Origin: Lama guanicoe
Taxonomy: Eukaryota
Reading direction: 5' to 3'
DNA: 64,000 bases
Assembly (NCBI GenBank): GCA_013239625.1
Contig: MU053304.1
Location: 620,001 to 684,000 of the forward strand
A program made the translations under genes and the position numbers. Shown piece after piece: positions 13,290 through 26,186 of the stretch (position 1 is the stretch's first letter; every line of letters starts with the position of its first letter). The notes under the pieces were generated by a model. It was not told the DNA's origin. It searched no databases and saw only the letters and a program-made list of their open reading frames with translations.

Positions 13290-13995
13290 TTAAAAAATTG
13301 TTGCAACATATGCATAATGTAAAATTTACCATCTTAAACATTTTTAAGTGCACAGTTCAGTAGTGTCAAGTATATTCATACTGTTGTGCAATCTCCAGAA
13401 CTTTTTCATCTTGCAAAACTGGAACTCTATACTCATTGAACAACAACTCCCCATCTGCCTTCCTCCCAGCCCCTAGCAACCACCATTTTACTTCCTGTAT
13501 GTATGAGTTTGACTACCCTAGTACCTCATACAAGGGAAATCATACAGTATTTGTCTTTTGATGACTCACTTATTTCACTTAGTATAACGTCTTCAAGTTT
13601 CATACATGTTGTAGCATGCATTAGAGCTTCCTCTCATTTTGTTTATCCTTTCACATGCTGATGGACATTTGGGACCTTAGGCTACCATGGACAATATTGT
13701 GAATAACAGCCAAACATGGCTGTTGAACAAGGGTGTGCAAATGTCTTTCAGACCCTGTTTTCTATTCTTTTGGATTCATATGCAGAAGTGTTATTGCTGG
13801 ATCATATGGTAGTTCTATTTTTAATTTTTTGAAGAACTACCATACTGTTTCCCATAATAGCTGAACCATCTTGCATTTCTACCAACAGTGCACAGGGTTC
13901 TAAGTGTCTCCACATCCTTACCAACACTTGTCGTTCCCTGTTTTTTTTTGTCTGTGTGTGTGTGTGTGTGTGTTTGGATAGCAGTCATCCTAATA
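13290..13995 (-). mobile_element. L1 3' end fragment containing (TG)n at ~13953-13973
   Basis: Typical L1MA/MB 3'UTR text. Confidence 0.75.
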
Positions 13996-14724
13996 AGTTA
14001 TCTTTTAAAAGTTCGGGTTTCTGAATCTCCAAAGCTGAGGTCCAGGGCCTCAGCTACTTTCAATGTAACCTTCTTTCAATCCTCAGACAAGGCAGGGCCT
14101 TAGACCCAGGAGGACAATTGGAGGAATGGACAGGAACAGAGGCTGAGGCCCAGTATGGGGCAGAGGTGGCTCAGGAAAGGCAGTACCTGGCTGGGAAGGG
14201 TGCCTCAGCTCAGGTAAGGTGACCATTGGCTGGGTTAGACTGGAGGACCTGGAAGCAGCTGCCTGGTTCTCTGGAGTATCTGGGATCTCCACAGTCCCTG
14301 GAATATCCATCGGAATTCCTGAGCACTCTGCAGCTAACCCTGAAATTCTTCCAACAACTCTAAGTCATGTGGTCCTCATTCACAGAATCAGCATTTAGTG
14401 AGCACCAAGTGCTTGCTGACACTGTGCAGAGCCTAGGGTTAAAAGGAGAAATTCCACGCGCCCTCCAGAAACTCACTGCTGAGTAGAGAAACATGGACGC
14501 ATATTCACCCTCAGACACTGGGACAGCTGGTACTTTAGAAGCAGAGAGGAGTTTCCAACCTAATATGAGGGTAACAGGAGGTCTCCAAGAAGAGGTGGCT
14601 GAGTCCAGATCAACCAAGAGGCCAGGGATGGGGGGGGAGGTAGTCTCAGGTTGCGGAAGGAGCATGGGAGAGGGTACAGGTGGGACAGAGCCCAGTGGCC
14701 CAGTTGGCTGAAGCCTGGAGGTCA

Positions 14725-15165
14725 CGGCCAGGCACAGGACCAGGACTAGGGGAGACAAGTGAGGCAGCTGCTTTGGGCGTGAAGTTGAAGGCCAAAAACT
14801 CAGTCGTCAATACAATATTTTACTGCCAGATATGAGACATGTGTTCCAGGATAGAAAACTGAATACTGTGAGAATGTCAGACTTTCCAAAATGAGTGCAA
14901 GAAAATCCATGATGAACAAAATAGCAAGTTTTAAATAAAGACAGGATCAATAATGGGGCTGCGCAAGCCACAGTGGGCCCTGAGGCCAAAGACGTACCAG
15001 TAATACTGAGCCTGTGGGTTTTTAAAATTTGATTTTCTGTTCATTGTCTTTCTCCCATTAACAGAAAAATATTGCACTGAACTATTGTTCATCTTGATCA
15101 CTGAGCTTCTGGGTCCCTTAAATTTTGTGCCAGAGACACAGGCCTTGCTGGCCTCACCTTTGTCC
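14725..15165. mobile_element. MER96B-like palindromic hAT MITE
   Basis: Arms aaatccatgatgaacaaaatagcaagttttaaataaagacaggatca / tgagcctgtgggtttttaaaattttgattttctgttcat form an imperfect inverted repeat; matches recalled MER96B. Confidence 0.7.
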
Positions 15166-16189
15166 CCCTCTCTCAGTAGGAAGTGAGCTTTCAGTCGTGG
15201 GCTGAGGAGGCGCTAGGGGTTCACCCTGCTGGCTAGGAGAAGTCATTGAGAACTTTTCATTATTAGAATGTATATCTGTTGATGAAAAAACTGATGTAGC
15301 TACAGATAGATTAAGATGTCAGGGAGGCCAACTCAGAATGGCTGCCTAATCCAGGCAGGGTGATGAAGGCTTGAAGTAAGAGAAGCAGTGGGAAGAGTAG
15401 AAGACCCCGGAGGGCCAGGCCTTAGGGTGGGGCTGGGCCTGCTGTGGGGCTGAGGGGGAGGCTTGCTGAGGTCTTAGACAACGCCCGGCTCTGGCCTGGG
15501 AGGACGAGTTGCTGTGTCCCATTTACCGAGGTGTGAAAGATGGCAGTTTACAGTGGAGCAAGGAGCTGAGCTCAGTTTGTGACGTTTGGAATTTGAAAAT
15601 TTATAGGACACCTAAGGGAGCTGTCTGGAGCCCAGGAGGAAAGTGGCTCCTGGAGAGACCTTGATTTGGGCGCCATTAGGGGGCAGTTGTCCCCAGGAGG
15701 TGGAGCCCAAACCAGAGAAGGGGCCCCAAGCAGAGGGGTAGGAGGTGGGGGTACATTCGGAAGGGAGGAGACCAAGGGGCTAAGGAGGTTATCCAGAGAA
15801 TAAGGGGGGAGGAGAAGGAAGGTAGGCGAAGAGGAAGGAGGCAGCAGAGAAGTTCCAAGGACGGTGTGGTCAAGAGAAAGAAGAGGAAGAGAGGCCGAAG
15901 AAGATAAGATCTGAAAGCTTCCTTTGGGCTGGCCACCAAGAGGGTGCCAGTGCAGGAGGCCCTGCAGGGTCTGAGAGGGACTGGCAGGAACTTGGCTCCA
16001 CTCTTCCCAGAAGCTACTTCCCATAAAGGACAAAAGAAGGGAAGGAGGATATTTTGATGGAAGGTATGGCTGAGGAGATAATTGGAGAGGAGATGGGAGG
16101 GGCTCCTGGAACCTGAAAAGGTGTAGTTTTAGAGAAGGATTCTAGCTTCCTTGGGGCCTGGAGGGCGGAAAGCTTAGGGCTAGGGCTGT

Positions 16190-17115
16190 ATGTAAATCAG
16201 AGGGTGGAATGCCCTGGGGAGACCTGTTTTTCTCCATGAAGTAGAGGCTGGGATAACTGTTGGGATGGAGGGGTAGGGAGCCTCCTGAGAGAAGATGCTG
16301 GAATAGATGCTGGGGAGTTGGGAATGGGAGCCCATGATCCACTCGGGAGCTCCTGAAAGACTTTCTGGGCAGCTGCTGAGAGCAGGACAGTTGGAAATCC
16401 TGGCTCCTTCATCACAGGATTTCTCTCCAGCATGGCCCAGCCTCCTGGATGAAGAAGGGAGAGCTGACAGGGGCTGGGCTGGCATGGCTACCAGCTCTCC
16501 TACAGCAGGCTCAGCTCAGAGGCCTCCTGGTCACTGGTGTGGCTGGGGAGCTGAGAGGAGCTGAGGGCTGACTCCTGAGTCTCTGAGCTGGCAGATGAAG
16601 CTTCTCAGGCTCTGGGGGAGACAAAGTCTAGGCCTTTGATTCAGGCCTCTGAGCCCCAGAGGCAATGGGGCACAAGTTGCCTTGTGCATGAAAACACTTG
16701 CCTAAACACCAAACAAGGCCTACTAAGAAGAGCTTAGGATCCCCCTTCAGCATCTCGCTGAAAGTTCTGGAGGCTTCAGGGAACCCCAAAAGATGGAAGC
16801 AGGCCAGGTTGGTACAGGGAACCTGGCTCTGCCCATCTTCACACCCCCCAGTACCGGAGTTGATGCTGTGAATTCCCCTCATGGCCAAGGCGGGTGCCCA
16901 CTAGACTTCTGCTTTGGGCATCTTTCCTGGAAGCTGTGCTGGTCCCTCCATCCTTGGCTCTGTCTTCAGTGGACAAGCCTTCCAGCTGCAGGTGGCAGCT
17001 GCCTCCTGCTTCTACCTTATATTCTTTCAACCCTGTAACCAATTTCCTGCTTTAAACTCCTTCTATATTAAATACCGGATGTGATTTTCCTTCGCTAGTT
17101 GGAGCTTAACTGAGG
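16190..17115 (+). mobile_element. Old ERVL-class LTR (LTR16/LTR33-like), approximate boundaries
   Basis: The 3' region (aaccctgtaaccaatttcctg…attaaatacc…ttaactga) resembles old ERVL LTR ends. Confidence 0.4.
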
Positions 17116-18699
17116 CTTTTGGTTCCTGGCTGGGAACTGGAGTTAATCTTTCTGAAGATGTGTAGACTTCCTCCTGTGGGCTGTCAGACCCTCGCATTGA
17201 CATGAGGCCCATTGTGGTTGAATGGGTCTAGAAGGGTCCAGAGGGCCCATGGATGCACAGAGTGGGCACCTCACTGTAGACAGGTGTAGTGGGTATTGGG
17301 GGCTGGCCAGGCCATGGCAGGGGGGCTGTGCCAGACAAGTGGCCAGCAGCTGCTCAAGTACCCCTGAAGCTCTGGGCTGGTGTCAGAAGCTGATCAAACT
17401 CCCCAGTGTGAAAATTCAGGGAAAAGAATTAGAGCGATGTTTCTAGGGGATATGGTAGCCTTGCACCCTCTCCCACCCCGTCCCTCCTCTGCCAAGGTGT
17501 ACAGTGCTCTCAGGCAGCAGATAACCCTCACCGGCCAGGGTGGGTGGGATCACTCTCAGCTGGAACTGCCACCAAAAATCCTAACCAAAGGCAGCATGTG
17601 GGAGAGCATCCATCAAAATGTAAAAGGCCATACCCTCGGACCCAGCTGTTCTACATTTAAGTAATTCTGCAGGTATAATTTGCACATGTGCAAAATGAAG
17701 TATGTAAAAAGGTTTGGAACTTGTAATAGCAAAACATAGGGAACAACCCTAAATGTCCAGCAGTACGGACTGGGTTAAATAAATGATACTTCCACCCAAG
17801 GAACACTTTGTTGCTCTCAGGGAGAATGAGGCAGCTCTGCATGCACTGATGCAGGAGTTGTGAGATAAATTTAGTTAATAAAATAGAAGGGAGACTTCAG
17901 AACAGTGCATACTGTATGACTACATTTGTGTTAAACATAATAAATACACCTTTCTATTTGTAAACTCACTGACTGAAGCCGGAAGGAAATGCCAGACTGC
18001 TGCTGGCCCTGTTCTAGGACACAAGGGCTAGAGGACAGGGAGGGAGGAGAGAGTTTACTGTGTATTTTCTCAAACTTTTGGAACTTTGTGCCATATGTGA
18101 GCTTACCAACTTAATAAATAAATCATTCACTTTTAGAAATCCCCCTCCCCACCCCCCACAAAAAAGGTGGCAATTTGGAAACAAAACTCCTACACCCCTG
18201 CCAGTCTATTCTGCACAGGTTCTGTGGTCCTGAGTTAGGGTTGGGGGGCGGTGGGAGGGAAGCATTTAGACCCCGGTGACGATAAAATAAAGCTGGGGTA
18301 GCCTTACTTATATTTATGGGCATTTGGATAGCTACCCAAGGTTTCCTTTCCAGACTCTCAGATTCAGATCCCTTGAGGATGTGCATTGATCATCTTTGCC
18401 TTATTCTTAGTACTCAAGCATACCCTTGGAAAAGGGAGCAGGAGGTCCTGCTTTCATTTAACAGATGAAAGACATGGAGGCAGAAGGCCACACAGTGAAG
18501 ATGCAGTATTTCATATTTCCCATCCATTACATGTCAGGGCAGGTTCAGATTTTACAATTTCCACTCCTCCAAGTTTAATGCATTTGCTAGGTAGGTCCAC
18601 CCTGAGCTGAGGGGCATTCTCTCATTCAAAGCAATAATCTGTTCTTTCCGTAGGCAATTTACTTCATTTGGTGTTTACTTGTTTTTTATTTATTTTTAA

Positions 18700-19575
18700 A
18701 ATTTATTTTTAGATGCCCTTTTTTTTTAATTTCAGCTTTGAGGAATAACTGACATACAACATTGTAAGATATTTAAAGTGTACATCATAGTGATTTAATA
18801 TACATATACCTTGTGAAAGGATTTCCCAAGTAGTTAATTAATACATCCATTACCTCACATATTTATCTTTTTTTGGGGGAAGAACATTTAAATTCTACTG
18901 TCTTAGCAAATTTCAATTATACAATATAGTGTTATCAACTATGATCACCATATTTTACATTAGATCCTCAGATCTTATTAATCTTACAGCTGAAAGTTTC
19001 TACCCTTTTACCAACTTCTCACCATTTTCCCCACCTCCTAGTTCCTGGCAACCATTTTTTATTCTATTTCTATGAGTTTTTTTTTTGATATTCCACATAT
19101 GACTGACACCATCCAGTATTCATTTTTGTCTGGCTAACTTCACATAATGACCTTGAGATCACTTGTTGCCATTGTAACAAATGGCAGGATTTCCTTCTTC
19201 TTATGGCTGAATAATATTCCATTATACGACATCTTTTTTTGCATATATATAAATATGTATCTTTATTGAGGTATAGTTGATTACAATATTATACTAAATT
19301 TCAGGTATACAACATGGTGAATCAAAATTTTTAAAATATATCACATCTTCTTTATTCATTCATCTGTTGACAGACACAAGTTGTTTCCATACCTTGGCTA
19401 TTGTGAATAACATTTTAATGAATATGGAAGTGCAGATATCTCTTGGAGATACTGATTTCATTTCCTTTGGATATATACCTGGAAGTGGGATTGCTGGATC
19501 ATACGGTAATTCTATTTTTAATTTTTTGACGAACCTCCATATTGTTTTCCATAGTGGCCACGCCAATTTACATTC
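18700..19575 (-). mobile_element. L1 3' end (L1MA-like)
   Basis: T-rich start; ORF2 C-terminal remnant [24 protein letters not shown]. Confidence 0.85.
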
Positions 19576-21589
19576 TCAAATTGAAAGTTACCTTTCAATT
19601 TAATCCTTTGGAGTTTAAGAAAGTGTCCCATCCTTTTATCTTGCTAGTCGGTGCCCAGTAAACTCCATCCAGCTTTCTCTCCCTTTCCTTTTAAAAGACA
19701 GCCTCCTATTCTTCCAAAAAGAGACACCAGCAGACAGGAATTACCGTAATTCTCACACCCACACTCCATTCATTGAATGGACATTTACTAAGCACTTTTT
19801 ATGCACCAGGCACTGTCTGGGCACTTAAGAGGCACTGAGCCAGCCTGGCAGTAAGCTCTGCCCCCCAGAGCCTACATTCTGGCTTACTCTTACTGTTAGT
19901 TATACAGGTACACTTACCTTTAGTCTCAAATGGTTCTGGACCGAGGGATAGCACCTTCATTTAAGAATCCTCACTTAATCTTGTCCTCTCATTTCTCTTC
20001 TAAGCTTCCAACTCTCCCTGTACTGGCTCCTTTTCATAGACTATAAGAATGTTCTTCTTCCTCCTTGAGCTGTGACCACTCCCTCTCCCAGGATCCCGTC
20101 CTACAAGGGCCCTACACTTAGCACTGCCTTCTCCATCCACAGCAGTGCAGCTTCTACCCCATCATAACGGCCCAAATCTCCAACACCTCTTAATACCAAA
20201 TCCAAGGGACAGGCATTGGACATTGTTCTTTTTTTCCCTTTTTCTTGAAATCTTTTCTTCCCTTGGCTTCCAAAACTCCTCTTTTCTAAGCTCTGCTTCT
20301 GCCTCTGGGCCTTCTTCCACCCTAGATGTTTCCTGCCATTGGGCCTGGGTCTGCCCAGCCTTATCCTCTCCTCATTCTGGCTGGTCTTCTAGGCTGGTCC
20401 CTCATACCATCTTTGTCTGCAGCTATGCGACCACCTCTGCCAACTGCCTAAAGCGACGGGTATTCCTCATGCATTCAACACGTCCAACACTGAACTCAGG
20501 AGCTCCCCTCCCAAACCTGCAGCCCAGCTGGTGTCATTCCATTTAACATACACACACCCAACAGATAATGGAAATAAATGACCCTTTGCCCCTCTCTATT
20601 CAAGTCACCAACAATAGCTTATATTAATTGAGGGCTTATTATGCATCTCAATACTCCTAACAACCCAAGAGGCAGGTACTGTTATCCCCATTTTATCAAT
20701 AAAGAAACTGGGATGACAGAGCAGGGTCTCAATTTAAATCCTAGTTCCTAGCTCTGTGACCCTGGACAAGTTAATTTATCTCTCTATGCCCCAGTTTCTG
20801 TAAAACAGTGATAACTTTTTTTAAGAGTAAATGAATTAATATATAAAGAACTGGAATGGTGCTTGGAGCTTCATAAGCATTAGATAAGTATTAGGTATCA
20901 CTATTTTTCTATCCCAGACTGAGTCCAAAGCAAGGCACTTGAACACTAAGCTACACTGGCTCTCTGCACTGCTCCTTTATTCAACAAATAATTTTTAGCA
21001 CTACATGTGTCAGGCAATGCTTAAGGGGCCAGGAATAAAGCAGAAAAGAAGGTCTGTGTTCTCATGGCTAGGGAAAGAGCAAACAGAAAATAAGTAGCCA
21101 AGAAAAATGCCAGGTAGTGGGAATTACCTGCAAGGACTAAATGAGGGTGCTGTGGTAAGGAGTCTCTGGTGGCACTTTTCACTGGAGGGTTGGGAAGGCC
21201 TCTCAACAGGTGATGTAAACCGAGTTCTGAACTGAGCAGCCAGTCATGCCAATATTTCTATAACGCATCCCTGTCACCTGGTCACGCCCACTGCTCATTT
21301 CTCCAGCCTCTTTCCACAACTGCCCTAAGCTTACTTCGTGCCAAACTGCTTGCAAACACTCGAGTCTTATTCCACTATGCTTTGGCTTATGCTGTTCTTC
21401 CTGTGTCCTCCATCACCCAGTAAATGTCCCCTTGGCCCCCATCCCAGAGTTCAAAATGAGAACCTCGCTCAGGGTGCTCTCCACAGATCAACAGAAAGCA
21501 GGGTGCAGACCATAGAACTGGCCTCAGCCTCCTTCCTGATCAGAGAGCCCCAGTGGGTAGCTGTGAGTTTCCTATTCACTCAGTCCCAG

Positions 21590-21740
21590 GAGTGTTCTAG
21601 TAAGAATTGCAAAATAACTTGATTGCTCACAAGAATCCCCTCGGGCCCTTGTTAAAATACAAAATCCTGGGCCCCATCCCAGATCTCTGTAATTAGAATC
21701 TCCAGAGGTGATTCTGAACATTAGTTCAGTTGGGGAAATA
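21590..21740. mobile_element. MER5-like hAT-Charlie MITE
   Basis: cttgttaaaatacaaaatcctgggccccatcccaga…tagaatctcc…gtgattctga. Confidence 0.6.
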
Positions 21741-23043
21741 TCGTTATTGTTGAAGGTATTCTGGCTTTGTAGTTAACAATTAGGTACCAGATGCCCAGGA
21801 TGTAACTAACCATCCTTCCTGGGCAGGCTCTAAACTGAATAAAGCGTTCTGCTTAAGTTTGACACCAGTTAAGTTTTGCCACAGTGATCCATCTGAATAA
21901 TTGGTAAAAGCACAAAGCAAAGACAATCTTCTGTGCCTCTGCCATCCAGGGACCCTTCCTTTGACTCTTTTTGACTGACTCCTGGGCCATCTGGTGACAC
22001 TGACTTAGCAGCCACCATTTTTTAATAGGTGCTTTAGTCCTATTGTAACAAAGAGGGAACTTCTGAGTGGTCAAAGGCCAGGCTCTGTGGTTGGCCTGAC
22101 CAAGTTCTCCTCCCCACCCCACAGTTATATAGCATCCTGTGACTGCCAGGCTGTTCCCCATTGGGAAAAATTTCTAGTGTACGAAGTTTCTTTAGATTAA
22201 ATATTGTTTCTGTACTGCTCACAGTAAACCTCAGAAACACAAGCGACTGTCTCTATCAGCAGCTCTCAGGAGGAAGCTTCAAGCACGTGGCCCAGGGGGG
22301 AGTCACCAGCAGACAAGGGGACTTTCTGGACCCTGGTTCACTAGCGGGACGGACTAAGAGGGGTCCTTAAGGCGAGTGGACCCTGAATTTCCGGAGGTCT
22401 CGGGTTCATCTGCGGGGAAACGGGGCAAAATCTTATCTGCACTGCCTTCAAGAGGCTCAGCGTGGAGTGCAGACCGGGGCCGCGCGAGAGGCCTCCCGAG
22501 TCGACAGGACCAGGAAACATTCAGGAACCAAGGCCCATCTGCACCCACCGGCCCCAAATTCGGGTACACGCGGCGCCAAAAACGTCCGCCTCACGGCGCA
22601 GGCGCCATAAGCGCAGGCCACGGACGGGTACTCAAGGAACCGCGCGCCCACCGCCCAATCAGCGCCGGTCTTGCACAAAGCGAGTCCCGCCCCCCAGGGC
22701 GCGACCACGAATCTCCTCCCCCTTCTCTGGCCTCCTCCACCCGCCCACTCCCGCCCGCGCCCCGCCCCGCGCCGTTCTCGGGTAGAGGCTTGCGATTGGC
22801 TAATGGGATAGGCGCGAACTCTGGTTGGTCGACGCGGGGTCACGAGGGCGTCGTCATCGCCTTTCCAGAGGCGATTACTGGGCAGGCTCAGTCTTTCGCC
22901 TCAGTCCCGAGCTCTAGCTGGCAGCTAAGCGTACGCGCTCTGGGATCTTCAGTACCAGCGGCCGCCATCGACGTTGCTTGGGTTTCTTTGGGCTCATCTG
23001 CGCCGCTTGCTCGCTATACACTCCGCTGTCATAAACCTCCATC

Positions 23044-23061
23044 ATGGTAAAGCTCGCAAAG
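23044..23061 (+). CDS. NCL: Nucleolin exon 1 coding part (MVKLAK)
   Basis: Strong Kozak ccatcATGG; AAG|gtaaga donor. Confidence 0.97.
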
Positions 23062-23377
23062 GTAAGAGGCCTTGCCCGCGCAAGCACGGATATCGAGGCC
23101 TGTTTTCCGAGGAGCGCGCGCGCGGCGCCGCCAGGAGGAGGGCCCGCGCGCCGTCCCGGGCGCGTTCGAGGGCGCCATGCTGCGGGAAGTCTCGCGCGAT
23201 TAGCTGGGAGGTCTCGCGGCTTTTGGCTGCGTGGTGGGGAGGTGAAGAGCTTCGGCAGGTGCCGCGAGTGGTGGATGGACTTCGAGGTTAAGCGCGGGGC
23301 GGGGGTGCTGGGCCTCGGAGTGGAGGGATGAGGCCAAACTCCTGCGACGGGCCGGAGCGGGGCCCCGCCTCCTGACG

Positions 23378-23551
23378 CACGTGCCCCCGCGTGCGGCCCG
23401 CCACGTGGGCTGCGCCGTGTATGTCCCGGCGCTCACCGAGGGGACGCGGCCCTGGGGCGGAGAGGCGGCCAGGCCAGAGGAAGGAGGCCTTGCCGCGTGC
23501 GTTCTGCGCCGGGCTGCGCGCACATGGTGGCCTGCGAGGTGCCCCCACGTG
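23378..23551. promoter_or_regulatory. Intron-1 E-box cluster (MYC/MAX-type)
   Basis: CACGTG at 23378, 23402 and 23546; CACATG at 23521. NCL is a known MYC target through intron-1 E-boxes. Confidence 0.75.
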
Positions 23552-24126
23552 GCCCTGCCGCGGCCGAAAGGGGCGGGGTTAATACCCTGGCAAAAGAAAA
23601 CGTGAGGGAAAACCAAAGATTGAAATGTGAATTTTTCTTAAAGGTTGCCTTTATTCAAATTTAGAGGGTGGTCGAGTTAGGTGCCACAGTTTACCCCCAA
23701 AGGCTTATTTAAGGTAGTTTGCCCCTGGTGAAGGTCTGGATTATTGGCCATCAAAGTTGTCTGATTATAGACTGTATTGAAAAATTGTGCCCTGATGCAC
23801 GGATCGATTCTCGCTGGAAGTAGTTTTTAAAACAGGTGTGCTTAACGAAGGCAGCAGGAAGGAGATCGTTTCCTTGAAGTTGCCTTTTTATCCTAAGGTG
23901 GTTTTTTTTTTTTTTTGGTAGAACTTGACAGGAAATATGTGGGAAGTTGAGAATCCACCAGTGTTAACACTGATATCAAGAATAGTTTTTATGTTAATTG
24001 TATTTACCAGTATGAAAAGTGGGCTCTTAGGGAGATGACTGCCGTTTTACTATGAAGAATGATGGCAAAATATGAATGACCTGCAATGTGGGAGGTATAG
24101 TGTGCTTATCATTGTGTCTATTTTAG

Positions 24127-24243
24127 GCTGGTAAAAATCAAGGTGACTCCAAGAAAATGGCTCCTCCCCCAAAGGAGGTAGAAGAAGATAGCGAAGACGA
24201 GGAGATGTCAGAAGATGAAGATGATGATAGCAGTGGGGAAGAG
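24127..24243 (+). CDS. NCL: Nucleolin exon 2 (AGKNQGDSKKMAPPPKEVEEDS...SSGEE)
   Basis: ttttag| acceptor, GAG|gtaatt donor, 117 nt, phase 0-0. Confidence 0.97.
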
Positions 24244-25362
24244 GTAATTGTATACAGTTCAATGCAGGCTTGTGTTAAACTACAAAATGGACGGTTAAAG
24301 CAGGTGGTACTGAGTGTCTGAAAATACTGGCAAAAGTAGGACTATATGCAGATATAACCTGCTGTAATGTTTCACAAACTTTATTGACCTGTCAGGATAC
24401 CTTAAGGGTAAGTATTTGAATGAATTTGGGATAAAAGGTGTGGAGGTTTTTCATGTTCCTTCTGCAGAGCTTGGTGTGATATATTGCAATAAATCATTAG
24501 TATTTCAGTTTCAGCGTGGAATACTAATGATTAATTGGTTTCTATATTTAGCCTATTTGAGCTTGGTAATATGCATGGCTATAATGTATGGATTGAAGGT
24601 TGCTACTTTGCTTTGTGTTAACCATTGACCTTGTTTAGCACTTCCGGATACTGTAGAATGCTGTAAAGACAGCTAAACGCTATAATTGTTCATATTTCTT
24701 ATTTAGAATTTAATAAAGATTTTATTTCCACATATATAACCTAATAGAACCAGTAGTTTAAAAAAGTGGTTTTGAGTGTGACTTAATTGTAGGTAAATGG
24801 TTTTTTAAATCAAACTTACGTGCTTACTCTTTGATTTGTATTAATTTTTCGAGGATCGACTAGAGCTTGACCGGTGGTGGTTTTCTGTGTGTAAGGCTTT
24901 TAATTACGTATGTCAACTTGTAATCCTTAAAAGCAATGTGTAAGATTAAAGCGTTAGTTTCAGATAAGAAAAATATTAAAGCTTAAAATTAAGTTTTAAA
25001 ACTGCCTGAGACCATGCAGTGACACGTGGAATCTAGAAGGTCTGTTTTTCGAGTCCGTGTTAAGGTGTGCTGCTTCAACGCTGAAGTGATTAAAAAGTAT
25101 GAGGTGCAGAAATTTAGAGGTCTGGCTCAGAGATATTTTAAGTGTTCAAGAGTTCATTGTGCTTAGCTATGACCTGAAGATGAGGACAGGGACCTCAAGC
25201 ATACAGAAGGACACGTTACACGACCCTGCAGTTTAACATCCTATCATCCAATGCGTGGAGTCTTGAGCTAGAGGCAGTGCCAGAATTTAGCATTGATTTA
25301 TGGGGCCAGGGCTCTCTTTGAGTTTAGAAACAGGCTTATGTTTGTTTTTAATTATTCTCAAG

Positions 25363-25843
25363 GTCATTATTCCTCAGAAGAAAGGCAAAAAGGCTACCAT
25401 AACTCCAGCCAAGAAGGTTATGGTTTCCCCAACAAAAAAGGTTGCAGTTGCCACACCGGCAAAGAAAGCAGTTGTTACTCTTGGCAAAAAGGCAGCAGCT
25501 ACAGCAGCTAAGAAGGCAGTTACACCACCTGCCAAAGCAGTAGCGACACCTGCCAAGAAGGGAGCCACACCAGGCAAAGCGTTGGTAGCAACCCCTGGTA
25601 AGAAGGGAGCAGCTGCCCCAGCCAAGGGAGCAAAGAATGGCAAAAATGCCAAAAAGGAAGAGAGTGATGAGGAAGATGATGACGACAGTGAAGAGGAGGA
25701 TGAGGATGACGAAGATGAGGATGAAGATGAATTTGAGCCAGCAGTGATGAAAGCTGCTGCTGCTGCTCCTGCCTCAGATGATGAGGATGATGAGGATGAA
25801 GATGATGATGAAGACGATGATGATGATGATGAGGATGAAGAGG
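25363..25843 (+). CDS. NCL: Nucleolin exon 3 (TPxKK repeats and acidic tracts)
   Basis: ctcaag| acceptor, G|gtaaga donor, 481 nt; lies within ORF 25300-25962. Confidence 0.97.
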
Positions 25844-26186
25844 GTAAGACATTTGTGTTGGTAGTTTTGGGGCTTCTGTTTGCATGGTGCATTAGGACTG
25901 GGGTTTGGGGAGTAATGCTACGTGCTCCTGCTGACATCCTGGGGGTTAGGCAAGAATCCTAGGGATTCTCTGGGCTAGTTGTGGGGCACTAGAATGGGAC
26001 CTGGGGTAAAATGCTGTTAAATGCTCCTGTGTTTTTCATTATGTAGGATTCTACTTCCAAGTGATCTGTTAGTTCTTGACATAGCTACCAAGCACAGAGG
26101 CATGGATAGGATTGCGTTTATTTTCCTTTATGTTTTCCTAGAACTGGGATGATTCTGAGTTTTTGACTAGGTGGTCTCTCTTTCAG

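Larger units (their letters stand above)
22370..23600. promoter_or_regulatory. CpG island / NCL promoter, exon 1 and 5' part of intron 1
   Basis: Very dense CpG. CCAAT 22655-59 and inverted ATTGG 22795-99; GC boxes 22740-22772; TATA-like GATTACTG 22873-80; pyrimidine-rich initiator near 22893. Confidence 0.92.

Noticed and set aside
16983..17000. Third CTCF-like motif GCTGCAGGTGGCAGC
   Set aside because: Lacks the leading CC of the core and lies in a probable old LTR; too weak to call.
22376..23050. 224-aa ORF and the other overlapping ORFs across the CpG island
   Set aside because: Non-ATG start, Pro/Arg/Ala/Gly-rich, and begins upstream of the TSS; expected from stop-codon scarcity in GC-rich DNA. 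There is no upstream ATG in the NCL 5'UTR.
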